Assembly (NCBI GenBank): GCA_964276515.1
Contig: OZ193910.1
Location: forward strand, 1,302,001 to 1,366,000
DNA length: 64,000 nt
DNA from: Gordius albopunctatus
Taxonomy: Eukaryota
Direction: 5' to 3'
A program made the position numbers and the translations under genes. Position 1 is the stretch's first letter. The number at the start of each line of letters is the position of its first letter. The notes under the pieces were generated by a model, which was not told where the DNA came from, searched no databases, and was given only the letters and a program-made list of their open reading frames with translations. Below are positions 26,015 through 39,460 of the stretch, piece by piece.

Positions 26015-29000
26015 TAGTGCTGTAAATGAACGCGTTCAATTTTTGTGAACGCGTTCGTGAACGGCGTTCTTTTTTTTTGGTGAACTTTGAACGTGAACGC
26101 GTTCCTTTTTTGATGAACGCGTTCGAATTTAACGTTCGTTCAATTTTAAAAATCTTCATTTTTATTTATTTGAAAAATAATGTTAATTTGAATTTTTAAA
26201 CAAAAAAGTCTTATATTTTTTAATCAGCTGTTTTTCTTGTTTCCTATTACCGATTCAGAAATACTTTTAACATACTATAACGTGCAAAAGAAGATAAGAT
26301 TAAAGATATTAATTTCATATTATTAATTATAGTTTAATTTATAGGTTAATATGGACAATCATATTATTATATCGTCGTCATCTTCAGATTCTGAATATTC
26401 AAAATCAGAAGATGAATTGAAATTGCCATGGCCAAAATATGAAAAATATTTTTCACTCGTTTCATATAAAGGATCAAATATAATTACCAAATGTAAAATG
26501 TGTCCAAAAAGTATGATATCTGTTTCAAAAGGGTCGAGCTCAAATCTAAAAAGACACCTTATGGTAATATAATATTATTATATATATAAGTATATATCTT
26601 AGATACAAATTTTAATACCTTTAAGACACTTTAATATTAATATTAGTCCATTCTTAGCATAGATATGGAAGGGAGACTAGTAATTTTATTGAAGCTAATT
26701 TTGTTTGTCAATATATTTAAAATAGGGAATAGTATAAGATTTTTGCAAAAAATAAGGTATCTAGGATATGTAAAACTTTGAATATAAATATTAAAAAATC
26801 TATTAATATCATCTATAGCATAATGGTATTTTATTTTTATAGAACCATCATGATAATATGACAAAAGAAATAAATGAATATCTTTCAAAATCTTCTGATA
26901 AAAATAATAAAAAGGTAAAATGGGAAAAATTCAAACAACAGAATCTAAACTGTAACAAAAATGATTCATATTCATATGTGAATCAATCACAGATAGATGA
27001 TGTAATAATCAATTTTGTGATAGAAGATCTACAGCCATTTAATATAGTTGAAAAACCTTCATTTTTAAAAATGATAACCACTTTACAACCTAATAAAAAT
27101 GTTATGTCCCGCCCAACGCTTATATCAAAAATATCCAAAAATTATAACATCATGATAGATAAAATAATTACTTGTTTAGCCAACCAACCCTTTCTTTGTA
27201 TCACAGCGGATTCATGGTCATCATACCATCGGTAATTTGTGCATAATTTGAAATCAATTTCTTAATATTATTAGTTCATTTTTAGGCATGACTGTCCACT
27301 GGTTGGATGTAGTCACTTTAGAAAGAAAATCAGCATGTTTAGCTTGCCAAAGGCTAACTAGCAAACATACATTTGATTATTTAGCAGAAACAATTTCAAA
27401 CCTTCTTAAAAGATTTAAGATACAGAACAAGGTGGCATTATGTGTCACTGACAATGCAAGAAATTTTTTAAAGGCCTTTAGGTATAAATAAATAATCTAC
27501 ATTTTATATTTTTAAACAAATTATAGGTTATTTGAGAAAGTATCTGAAGATGATGAAGATGAAATTGTGTCATTTTCATTATATGAAATATTTCAATATC
27601 AAAGTAGGCAGGAAAATTTTATTTACCTACCAAAACATCACTCTTGTGCATGCCACAATCTTAATTTAGTGGCAAGTGTCGATGCTGAAAAGGCACTAGA
27701 AATTCCATCTTTTAAAAACATATTAAAAAGTGCATTTGATAAATGCAAAAATTTATGGAACAAGCAAAATCAGTCAACATCATTTGCTGATGATGTAAAG
27801 AAAAATTTATCAAGGATGCTTATAAGACCTGTTGTTACAAGATGGAATTCATATTATAATTCCTTAAAATTAATAGACTCATTAATAAAAGATAAACCTC
27901 ATTTATTTGACAAAGTATGCGACATGGGAGGATTAGCAAGGCTTACAACCAATGATAAAATATTTTTGGAAGAATACTGTACTGTAAGTCCTCATAAAAT
28001 TTTTTAGGATAAATATTATAATAAATTTCAAATATTAAAATAGATCATGGAACCTGTTGCTACCGCTCTTACTATTTTAGAAAGTGAGGAAAATATGCAT
28101 TTGGGCTATTTGACTCCAACAATAACAATAGTTATTTTGAAATTAAAAAAAATTACTAGCCTAAAATATGGTCAACCATTGATTGACGCTGTATTAAATG
28201 GGATTAATAAAAGGTAACAAACCTATTACTATCAAATTAATTACATATATTTTATTTTTTTAAAGATTTCAACATATATATGAAGATCAATATCTTCTTT
28301 CGGCCATTATACATCCAATGTTCAAGCTTCAATGGCCTTGGATTAAACTTCGAGAAAATGAAGCTTTAAAGAATAATCTTTTAGTGTTATTGAAAAAAGG
28401 GATTGAAACCCCTAGAATTGATAACGAAAGAGCTGTCAATTCCGAGATATCATTTTTTTTTGAAGAGGAAGTAGAGGGCGGATTAGAGGATGATATCTTG
28501 TCGCAATTTTTTGAAGCGAGGGACAAAACATTAAATGTTTTTAATAAATTTCCTCCTTTAAAAAATTTGTTTATTAAGTATAATACTCCAATCCCCTCAT
28601 CTGCCCCTGTGGAGCGGGTTTTTAGTATAGCTAATGCTGTATTAACTGCCAAGCGTTCCTGCTTATCAGACGACAATTTTGAGAAACAATTATTATTAAA
28701 AATCAATAAGAAAAATTTTTTATAAATAAAAAACCTTTATATTCGCTCTATTAGATTATAATTATATTGATTTACAATTATATTGTAGAAATAAAACTAT
28801 CATTTTTTTATCATGGCTATTATTTATTGTATTAAAAAATATAAGACATTTATTTATATTAAATTAAATTTTAAAAAAATTATCATAAAATTTTGAACGA
28901 ACGTGAACGCGTTCCTTTTTTTTCTTAACGAACGTGAACGTGAACGCGTTCGATTTTTGTCAATGAACGTTGAACGCGAACGCGTTCGATTTTTTTACAA

Positions 29001-29015
29001 ATGTTTACAGCACTA
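26015..29015 (+). mobile_element. Complete autonomous hAT DNA transposon
   Basis: 12-bp perfect TIR TAGTGCTGTAAA / TTTACAGCACTA, perfect 8-bp TSD atatatta (26007-26014 / 29016-29023), and GAACGCGTTC subterminal palindromes at both ends. Confidence 0.96.
26351..28725 (+). CDS. hAT transposase (BED finger, DDE, hATC), 631 aa; exons 26351-26563, 26843-27231, 27275-27481, 27527-27983, 28044-28213, 28266-28725
   Basis: Five GT-AG introns give a continuous 1896-nt frame: KCKMC...NLKRHLMNHH, TADSWS..RSFLGMTVHW, VTDNARN, CACHNLNL, TRWNS, HPMFK, PSSAPVERVFS. Confidence 0.93.
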
Positions 29016-29454
29016 ATATATTATCTTTCCAGGTGTTTATAAAACTCTTAAAATCTTTTATGCAATATTAATTTAATCCATTTAATTTATTAACCATTTT
29101 TTTATCTCAAATTTTGGCCAGGTCTGGGGGATTTCCTGCTTCCCCCTTCTATGCACTTGTAACCATGGTCAACATTTTGAGGCAATTATTGCATCAAATA
29201 CTAATTTAAAATATTTTCCAGGCTCCCAAACAAAAATATTATCCAATAGTAGAGTTAATAGTTGCAAATAATCTATAAGGGTTGCTTTTATGATTTATAT
29301 CACCTAATTCTTTATTTAATACGAAAAATGTATAAATTGTTTTTTATACATTAAATAAATCATTAATTTGAAAAACTATTTTGAAATGTCAAAGAAATTA
29401 ATTTGCATTTTTATCAGCTAATTCTTTACCTAAGGCAAAATATATATATATTAT

Positions 29455-32400
29455 TAATAGGGCTTTGTATTTATTAGTTTTCCGCCCCTCTGCGACAGCT
29501 AAAGAATCATTGTTGTAGTTAGAGGGGGCAAATAGGTCAATACACGTAAAGTCCCATTTAAGGTGAAGACCATTGCTCCATGGGACTAAAGAAGATCCAT
29601 CAGGACGCATACGTCCCTCCAAGGAGGGGTCCGATGGCTCCAAGATGGATGGGATATTTGCTCTCTTCAATGCACTTTGAATTAAGGTATTGGCCTTATT
29701 GTGCCTAACATATTTAAATTTGTTTGCCAGGCAGTGTAAGGGATGCCTGGCTTGTTCGTCTACGAGTATGCTGCAATTTCGGCAAATAAATGGCTTCGAA
29801 AATTTCACCCCTAGCCTGAGAGCTATGGAGTACGAAAGTTCCGAGTCCTCCAGCATCATCCCGGTGAGACAGCTTGGGTAGACCTCTAGCCATTCGTGAC
29901 CTGAGCCATCAAACAAAAACGACCTTAAATTAGAACACTGACTTGCATCGCTACTCGAAATTAGATAATCAACGGAGCGCAACACAAGTCCGGCATCCCA
30001 ATCTTTTTGTCGTGAGGTTTGTGGCAAAGGTGTTCCGGGATTGGTATTGTTTTCCCAAGTAGCTAAAGCGATGGGCAAAAGCGGGTCTTCTTTAACAGGA
30101 TACAACTTAAAAATGGTATCTTGTACCGATTTGTAAGATGAAATAAACGAGACTAGAGATATTGCGGCAGGTGAGCGAATTCCTAAACCACCCGATTTGG
30201 TTGGTAGGGAAGCTTGTAACCAGCTATGAGTATTGAACTTTATATTTAAAATAGATTGTAAAATAGATTTAATATTCTGTTCGAAGAGGTTTAAAATTTC
30301 CGAGTGTAAAAAAGCACTTGAAGAGCGAAAACAGTGTTGAATTTTTGAAATATTAAAATAGTTTTTCATTATGTAAAAAGCGTGGTGTGAAGGCAAACAC
30401 TTTAAGAGATATAATTTTGAGTTTAAAATAGAGAGATTTTTCTCCAAATAAGTTGCGAGTCCAACTCTACCACCTATAGGCGATCCAAGATGGCACATAG
30501 CGTCTTTCTCGATTGCTAAAAAAGGGGTAATGTGTGGATATAATGAGTAATCTGGGGGTTGAAAGATCTCACATTTGGTCTCGTTTAGTTTTAGTTTTAA
30601 AATTGGTTCGAAATCCTTTATAATTTTGATGGCTTTAAAAACTTCGCGAGGATGACCACAAAGGGTGGCATCGTCCAAGTACCAAATATTAAGTGTAAGG
30701 TCGCATTCGTGCGATATTTTTTCCACTAAACATTGGATGCCTGAGCAAAATAATGGCGGACCCAATGAGTCACCTTGTTGGATACCTTCAGATGAATTTA
30801 TTTTAAAATCCCCAAATCTTAAAAAGGATGTTAAGCCATAACTTAATAAGATGTAGTTATGGAACTCCGGAAATTTCTCGAGAAAGTTTTCGATAAGGAC
30901 ATCTCTACGAATGCTATTAAAAGCGTTGGCAAAATCTAGTTTGACCATGCAATGATCCGATGGTATGCATTCGAGGGCTAGCCTAGCGGCATGACTAGCA
31001 GCTTCGCAGCCACCCTTTATTCCAAAACCTAATTGATGTGGACTTAGGTTAGTGGAAAGGATCGGTTTGATTTTATTACATATTATTTTAGAAATAATCC
31101 TCCTAAAAACTCCCCCAATAGCGATAGGTCTTAGTGAATTGTCTGGCTTCTTAATCGCTATCAATTTGGCGCCAAACAAAATAGGTATTATTTCATGAGG
31201 CACGTCCCCATTGACATGAGATTGCATATCGATGTTATGGCCTTTAGGAGGCATGTTGAGTTTAGGTTATTAATTTTAAGTAAATTTTGGAGATATACAG
31301 GGCGGATTCCGTCTAGGCCTGCTGCAGAATCTAGGGGAAATGAGTTAATGGCTTCAGCGAACTCGGCGGAATCTAAGGATATGTTGGATTTAGAGTAGGG
31401 ATATTTATCTAAGGATGACGAAGGAGGATGCTTTAGTATAAGCTGGTTGTAAGTTTCCTGTGTGCTTGAGGCGATTGTATCGTTGCCATAAAACACCCTC
31501 AGAGCTCCCTTTGGATTAAAATGATTAATTTTGCTGGATACAAGCTTAGCAGTATGTTTCAAAGATGATGCAAAAGCAGGTTTTGTCTGGGAAGGGCATA
31601 AGAGTGTACAGGTGTCAAAAGTAGCAATGGAGTCTTTTATTGGTTTAGATAGGTTTAAGTCTTTGGGCGGCCTGTATGAGAATTTAAGGATTTTGTCCCA
31701 ATTAGCAAGGTTCTTCGGATCATTAGTTATGGACGTTATCAGATTTATAATAAATTGTTGGACGGCCAGTCTTGCCCCTCTAGGAATTCTAGATAACGTC
31801 TTAGGAAAGGAGAGAGTAAGGAAGGAATTACTCCATGAAAAATCTGGAGGTGTAATATTTGGTGGCGAGCTGTAATCATTAAAATTAAGGGCATGATTGT
31901 CTTCAACTTCTGCTTGATTATCCTCTTCATTTGCTATTAAAGGGGATGTTTGTTCTCCAATATCACTTATAATAGTTATAGGGGGAATTGCACTTACTGG
32001 TGGGGCTTTTTGGCCAGAATATTTACATCTTGCTGACGTTGGGCCATGTAAAAAAAAGAGGAAATTTTTATTTATTCCAATGATTCTCTTACAAGAGGGG
32101 CAAAGTGCTTTAAGGTTAACCATGAGAATATTTTAAAGCATATTATTCTGTAAACTTTAAAGCTAAATTACTGAAAAAATAAATTCCAGTTGGACAATGG
32201 CTACATTGTGCAGAATATTTTAAGTATGCATCATTTAGTTTATGTTATGATAATCATTTCATAAAAAAAATTTATACTTGCAATTGTTATATAGGCATGG
32301 ATAATAGAATATTTATTAATCTTTTAAAGCTGGTTATATATGTTCAAGATTAATCAGGCTGCTTAAACTGTGATATCTCTTAAATTGGAATTAGTGGATG

Positions 32401-32640
32401 GATATAAAAGAATAGATATTGGGATATAGATGATTGTTATATGAAGTTGTGCAATGAATTGTCTTTGATGTATGCTTGATTGATTGTAAAGATAGTTGGT
32501 GGAAACAGGGTTTAACGATAATATAAGCGAAGTTATGTGCGACCCATCTATTACCAAGAGTTAAGTTGATTAGATTATAAGGTTAGCTATTCTTAATTGA
32601 TATTATTATACATTAGATAACTCATTAATTTAATTTTACA
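29455..32640 (-). mobile_element. Near full-length CRE-clade non-LTR retrotransposon (N-terminal Zn finger, RT, RLE); one frameshift near 31230 and extreme 3' end missing
   Basis: CPSC...HGP...C, SAAGLDG, RPIAIG, QLGFG, DFANAFN, GIQQGD, WYLDD, GGLG, CRNC..HPLHC, RPDG, WDFTC. The 5' boundary is approximate. Confidence 0.9.
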
Positions 32641-32649
32641 GTATTGGAA

Positions 32650-33430
32650 TGGTTGCTTACTTACTTTCGAGTTGTAATACTGTGCACCATTTCAATCTCA
32701 GGTCACTTACGACCGACTCTGGCCACGAATGTATCCCAAGTAAATACTCAGGACTTCTGATTTCAAATCCAGAAGTTTCGTATGCAATAGCTCTCCGTCT
32801 AGGTATTAAATTTACCATAGGTTATCCCCGCAGAAATTGCAATAAGGAAATAGATATCTGGCTGGGCTCATCACCCACTCCATTGCAAGTTAAACAAATA
32901 TCGCTTTATCCGTCATCAAAAGATAAACCTTTTGATTCAATCGGCTTCAAAAAAGGCCGGCACTCCTTCCATCCTCGAACCATCCGATCCTTCTTTAGAA
33001 GGTAGGATGCGTCCCGACGGAGCTTCTATGATCCCCTGGGAGGATGGCATGTTCCTAGCTTGGGACTTTACCTGGATTGATATCTTCGCGGCAAATAATA
33101 TAAATTTTAACCCACTTTCTTGTGGGGAATACCGTTAAAAACACAAATACCGATCCATTGCTCAATCTAAAATTTTTATTCCAATAGTAGCTCCTGTTCC
33201 GCTAATTTTGGCAAGAAAGCATTAGCGTTTTTAAAATCGATAGGGAACAGATCCCCCAAAGCTTAATACTCACCCAGCTTTATTTTACGCCAAAAAATCG
33301 GCATTTTGATAGCTAAATATTATTACAAATCTTTATCTGACACATGGCCCGTGTTGGCTATTGATGAATAAATTTTTATTTATAATATTATTTTATGCAT
33401 CAATTTTACCTAATAAAAGCATTTATAAAA
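32650..33430 (+). mobile_element. Degenerate CRE 3' fragment
   Basis: SGHE..PS..GLL...YAIALRLG and ILEPSDPSLEGRMRPDGASMIPWEDG...WDFT, with frameshifts, then aataaa and an A-run. Confidence 0.85.
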
Positions 33431-33559
33431 AAAATTAATGAGCAATCACACTATACAATCAAAAAAATTAGCTATACTCAAAATGCCACACATTCTTGAA
33501 TAAATATTTCATTGATTTTTATAATATTCCTTATATAGTGCATTATTGATAGATATTTG

Positions 33560-33562
<3 letters not shown>

Positions 33563-33590
<28 letters not shown>
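33563..33590. repeat. (AT)n microsatellite
   Basis: Directly visible. Confidence 0.9.
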
Positions 33591-33593
<3 letters not shown>

Positions 33594-33679
33594 AAATATA
33601 ATAAAAGTTATTCATAAAGTTTTATATATTGTAAATAAAAAAATTAATCAACAAATATTTTAACTTATACAAAGTGTAT

Positions 33680-34323
33680 TTAAAATGATAAATCATAGTT
33701 TTGGCAAGAATTTATAAGTAATTCTTCAATGAATTTATATTTTGGATGTTCATCATCTCTAACTAATGACATTATAATACTTTCACTTGTTGTAATATTT
33801 ATTTCTTTGGTAGAAAGATACTTTAATGAAACATTTCTAAAATTAATATTAACTAAAAAAATTCTTATACCTATCTACAAGACTTCTTGAAGACGTTGCA
33901 TCACAAACTATATAGACATTATGTGAACCAACTAAATCTAAAGCTGTTTGTTGAATACAAACATGAGTCTCAATACCACATAAAATAATGTTGTTAAAAT
34001 TAGTATTTTTTTCTAAGAATCTGCAAATAGGATCTATGCACATAGAAAATTGTCTTTTTTCGTATATCTTTAAGCCTTCAACATTTAGTTCAGATACCGT
34101 GTTACCAAAGTCTAAAAAAATAAAAATTAAACAATGTAATTCTGCCTTTTGGATAATGTTCCGTTACAATAATTGGGAGGTTTAGTACTTTAGCCACCAA
34201 CAGTAATTTATTAGTATTTAAAAGTATGTCTGAAAAATGAACAATAGTTTCGCGACACTTTTCCTGCATATCACATAATAGTACCAAAGAATTATTTACG
34301 GATAATTTAGACTGTTTATCCAT
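33680..34323 (-). CDS. Isochorismatase domain-containing protein, copy B, 191 aa; exons 34323-34146, 34111-33871, 33836-33680
   Basis: Same exon lengths as copy A (178/241/157 nt). Contains CDMQE, KRQFSMC and CGIETHVCIQQT. Confidence 0.92.
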
Positions 34324-34354
34324 ACTTAAATGAAATGAATCGCTTCTGTTCAAA

Positions 34355-34608
34355 AGGTCAATGCCGAAAACAATCTTACCGAATTCACCCTGGGGTATTA
34401 AAGATTATTTCCCTGTTATCATAAAGAAGGTCCTAAATTGAGTACCTTTTATAATAATTATCAATTTTATTATAAAAAATACCTAAATTATAACTTTAAT
34501 TCGAAATTGAATGATTAATATGCTTTTTTGTTGAGGGACATTTTCTAACTGGGGGATTTTAACATTGGGACATTCAATTCGGCAAGATGATTTTCTGCAA
34601 TTTGACGG
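34355..34608. mobile_element. MITE with imperfect TIRs of about 30 bp
   Basis: gtcaatgccgaaaacaatcttaccgaatt versus aattcggcaagatgattttctgcaatttgacgg. The same left end occurs at 52646. Confidence 0.65.
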
Positions 34609-34910
34609 ACTACCAAGGTCAATGATTTAAAACGTCAATGGACCAATCATTTAAAAATTCCCAAAATTTACAAGTATATGTCACAAATCCTATTAAGGTT
34701 CATCATTCAAAACGGCACTTCTGGTCAAAAGGAATAATGGACAAAATTCTTAAAACCAATCAAAACACTTAATGAAATGGCGCTCGTATGACATAACATA
34801 TAAACTTCGAAAACCAATCAAATTATTGCTTTTATTACCCTTCATTTCAAATTTTACCAATTCACTTCTTAATTTGTAAATTGTGCCTTGTTAGAACATC
34901 TATTCTGATT

Positions 34911-36633
34911 ATGCCTGGAAATCCCCAAATTAGGCAATCTGCTTGCCCAAGTATGAATTTACTTGATTCATTGTTTATATTGTCATAGCATCATCTTTAT
35001 ATCTTGTTTTTACATCCATACCAAATGTGCAATTTCCAAGATTGTCTGGAACCTCTCAAATTATGCAATCTGCTTGCCCAAGTATGAATTTACTTGATTC
35101 ATAGGTTATATTGTTATAGCGTCATCTTTATATGTTGTTCGTACACCCATACCAAATGTGCAATTTCCAAGATTGTCTGGAACCTCTCAAAATAGGCAAT
35201 CTGCTTTCCCAAGTATATTAATAGTTCATCTATGTTATTATATTCTTCTAGGCTCTTCTTCATCTATCATAAGTTCTATGACCTCTAGTGGTAAAATGAT
35301 TATTTTAAATGTTTCACATTAATATTTTAAAAGGTCCTTCAATTGAAGATGCACTAATTTTTGTTGATGCTACCAATCAGATGGAAGCTATTCATCGAGG
35401 TATATATCCCATAAATAATTTTTATTTTATTTTTAGAACAAACTGCCATTTATATTAAATTCGAAAAAGGAGGATCAATCCTTTATTACTCTTCCTACCT
35501 GTATGTTAAGAACAGGAAGATGTCCAACAAAGTTTATTACAAGTGCCGAAATTCAGCTTGTCCAGTAACAGCCTCGGAGGTGAATGGTATTATTGCTGTT
35601 AATCGTCAGCACAACCATGAACCTCCGAGGGAAGAGTATGAATGTCTTGTTACGATAAGAGCACTTAAAGACGCTGTTGTTGCAAACCCTACTAAGAAAA
35701 ATAGTAGGTTGTATCACCAGACTTTAAGTGCCCGTTTGCGTGATGTTCCAGACTTAGCCGATTTTCCAATGGCCACTTCTTCGTTTATATCCTTTAGGAA
35801 GACAATAAAGAGGGCCGATCCGGAAAGGGAGTCGATTCCTTCTGACCGAAGTCAAATCCACTTGACTCCTGTCCAGACTCTCACCCCCAAAAATGAGAGG
35901 TTTTTGTTATGGAATGACAGCAATCAAATGCTCATTTTTGGAACACCATCTCTTTTGAAGGTGCTATGCCAAGTTAGTTCTATCTACATGGATGGCACCT
36001 TCAAAGTATGCCCCACGATATTTTATCAAGTAATTAATATATATTGATATATTTATAAAATTTCAGCTTTATACAATACATGCCTTCTACAAGGATCATA
36101 TTGTTCCTGTAGTATATATTTTTATGCCGGATCGTAAGCTCCACACCTATAGCAGAGCGTTCAACAAATTGAAGGATATATGCTTGGAATTCAATTTAAA
36201 CTTGAATCCATCTTATATTAAGATAGATTTTGAACGCTCTGCAAAGGGCGCTATTCAAAAATGTTTTCCGTGTTCAGTGATCAAAGGTAAAAATGTATTT
36301 TTCCTATTAATCTTATATTTAGGGTGCTTATTTAACTACTCTAGGGCCTTACTAAGACGAATCGATAAACTGGAATTCAGGGGCGAGTATTCGAGATCTC
36401 CTTTTATACGGAAAATGGTGCGAAGAGTTGCTGGTTTTCCTTTTATGAAATATGAAAATGTTTTTTTTATTTATAATGCATGTTGGGATAACCCTTTTGT
36501 CTCCCAACATGCTAAACTGCGTAAATTTTGTACATATGTGTCCAAAACATGGGTGGCCACAATGGCCTCAAATCCTTTATTGGACGGGCCCACCCTGATC
36601 TGTATACCTGTATCGCATTTTAATCGAAAATAA
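34911..36633 (+). pseudogene. MULE (Mutator-like) transposase with FLYWCH domain, multi-exon, 3'-truncated or decayed
   Basis: Exons 34911-34950, 34989-35081, 35120-35212, 35252-35290, 35334-35399, 35437-36029, 36067-36286 and 36323- join in frame. Motifs YYKC...C..HNH, YMDGTFK, FYQLYTIH, IDFE and GCLFN (CxxH lost). No RTNN..E region was found. Confidence 0.85.
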
Positions 36634-37386
36634 CGGGAAAACCGAGATTAATATTTTGCAGATTGATCAAGGTCGCATTTTATATTATATAAATAAACGC
36701 GTCCGTTAAAAGAATTCACAAATTAGCACACTACTCGCCTCATACAATGATGCTTCGCGCGATATTGATATTTTCAATTATATCGACAATATCTCTAGTC
36801 TTGTTTCCTATAGTTACGACTCGCGGTATTATAATTTTTCGGATTCGCTGTCAATCTTTATATCCAATAATATTTCTAATAATCTATTCGATGAAAGAGA
36901 CACTAGCGACTTCACAGAAGCTAGTGAATCTGAGGAATAAATCATACACACAACTACTTGTGAATAAATTTTAAAATATATTTCTTCTATATTTTGTAAA
37001 ATAGTGAATCCAAATTATGTAATTTTTATGTCTTAGATTATCATCAGGTCCCGCTTGATTTTAACGAAAAATAGTTTAGGCTTGTTAATAACTTTAAAAG
37101 GACCATATAAAACCAAGTTAAATCTAAAACTGCTTATATGATTTTAAATTATAATACTATGGGGTTTCTCACACCCCATAAGTACTCTTAAGGGTTTTTA
37201 GAATACTCAGAAAATTTTATTTATTAAACTATCTACGAACGTCAGAGAATTATCCCGCGAATATATCGCGAACTAAACAAAATCTAAATTATCAGGGAGT
37301 AAAACATTTTTTTATATCTTCGTATAGGGGGATGATCATTATTTTTATTTTACTTCTCCGGCAATAAGCAATAAAAATCGTTTTAA

Positions 37387-39047
37387 CTATTTATATCTTT
37401 TGAACGTTAAATTAAATAGCTGACCGTTTCCAGCATCAGTTATAACTATTTCTGTTGCACCGAACGATGTCATTTGGAAGCATGAATTAAATGTGCGAAT
37501 TGACTTCAGGAATAGGCTAGAATCAGGATCCGTGGCAATTAGTAAGCCGTGCAATGGTTCAGGTGATGCTTCAATTGCCGTTAGTTTTACTTTTCCTGAT
37601 GCGCAACACATCCCTGGTGGCTCATTTTTAAATTTAAGTGCATGACAATGTGGACATTCCTTTTCTATAGTACCAATGACCACTTTGGAATGGGCGTAAT
37701 ATTCAACATCAGGCTCATACTGGAATGCTAGTCGAAGGAATGAAGCCGATTTAAATGCTCGATGTACTTGTAGACGTTGTAGGTCATTTTCTCTATGTGT
37801 GTTACTTACAAATCGGCGGGCTTGTTTTTTTAATCGTCTTTGTTGATTGCGTTCATATTGTGCCTCTTGCAATTGTGATTCACGTATTTGTGCCATCCTC
37901 ACACGATTATCTGTATTGTTTTGTAGGATTTGTTCGTCTGTTCTTTGAGATCTTATTTTTTTCATTAATGCATTCTTTTTTGTCTGACGACCTAAATTGT
38001 TCCTGGTGCGTTTAGCTGGCATTGTTACCTATAAATAGGGTATGTAGAAAAAAATCTCTTTTAAATCATGCAAACAATGAACTGAGTGCTTATATATGCG
38101 ATTGTTTTTTTTAATTTTTTTTACTAATTGAGAATTAATGTTTGATTAGTGGATAATAATTGCAAGTTTAATCGTTATTTTCACAATCATCCCAGAATAA
38201 ATATATTTTTTGACCAAAATAATTGCACAAATACTATTAATCAATCTCATATGATTTTGCTATAGATGACTTAAAAACTTAAATAATGATGGCACAAATT
38301 GAGAGGAGTTATAATTAGTAAATAAAAATATATTCTTAAATATGGTCTATTTGAGTTTTAAACATATATCATATAAATAATATGTTGCTTTATGTGTAGA
38401 ATAAGTATTAATAGATATGTAAATATTTTAATCATTAAGGGACAAATTGTTTGAAGTATTGCACATAGGTTCTACAAAAGAATAAAATTTTGAAGATTAT
38501 ATTCTTATATATGGTCTATTTGTGTTTTAAACATATCTTTAAATAAAATATGAAAAGTATAACTAATATCATATGAATAATATGTTGCTTTATACAAAAG
38601 AATAAAATTTTAAAGATATGATTTACTTATTAAGAGAACAGTATTTGAATTGTTTGGAGTATTGGAAGAAGGTGGACGTAATATGGCCTTATATTAATCA
38701 AATTGTTTGAAGTATTGCACATAGGTTCTACAAAAGAATAAAATTTTGAAGATATGATTTACTTATTAAGAGAACAGTATTTGAATTGTTTGTGCGGAAG
38801 GATACATTCACAAAACGATAGATACACAGTATACGTCATGAGGTGGCGTTTGAGTGACATTTTACTAAACGTCAAAACGTATAAGACTATATAACCTGAC
38901 CGTCTTGTGACTTAAAAATTTGGAATATAGTTAAAAACCTAGGCTCAGACCTACCAATCATTCGCAGAAATTTCCATCTAAATCGGTCCCGCCGTTTCGG
39001 AGGAGTTTAACCACACACACCGTTTCACGTGATTTTTATATATTAGA
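37387..39047 (-). mobile_element. 5' part of an autonomous-type Helitron (RepHel N-terminus, ORF 38022-37387), truncated
   Basis: CPHCHALKFKNEPPGMCCASGKV...IRTFNSCFQMTSFG, and a 5' terminus A|TCTAATATATAAAA at 39047. Confidence 0.88.
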
Positions 39048-39460
39048 TTACAATTTATTATATGCTTGCATATATTCAATAACTAATAACAAAGTTACCT
39101 TTATTCACTTATAATATAGGTATTAATATGGATACAGACATTTTTATGTTAATGCATTAAATATAAACTATATATTTCAATGTATTATGTGCTTGCATAT
39201 ATTCATTAACTAATCACAAAGTTACCTTTATTCACTTATAATATAGGTATTAGTATCACTATAGACATTTTCATATTAACACATTGAATAGAAAACTATA
39301 TATCATTACAATTTATTATATACTTGCATATATTCATTAACTAATCACAAAGTTACGTTTAGCAAGTTATAATTAGGATTTTAGTATGGCTATAGACGTT
39401 TTTATGTTAGCGTATTTATTAAAAAAAACTATATTGTATTACAATATATGCTACCTTATA
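39048..39460. repeat. Tandem repeat, about 130-bp unit, about three copies
   Basis: cttgcatatattca..taactaat.acaaagttac recurs at about 39065, 39192 and 39323. Confidence 0.8.

Noticed and set aside
34355..34608. TIR of the adjacent MULE element
   Set aside because: Its inverted partner is only 250 bp away, so it is a self-contained MITE. No matching TIR was seen downstream of the MULE gene.
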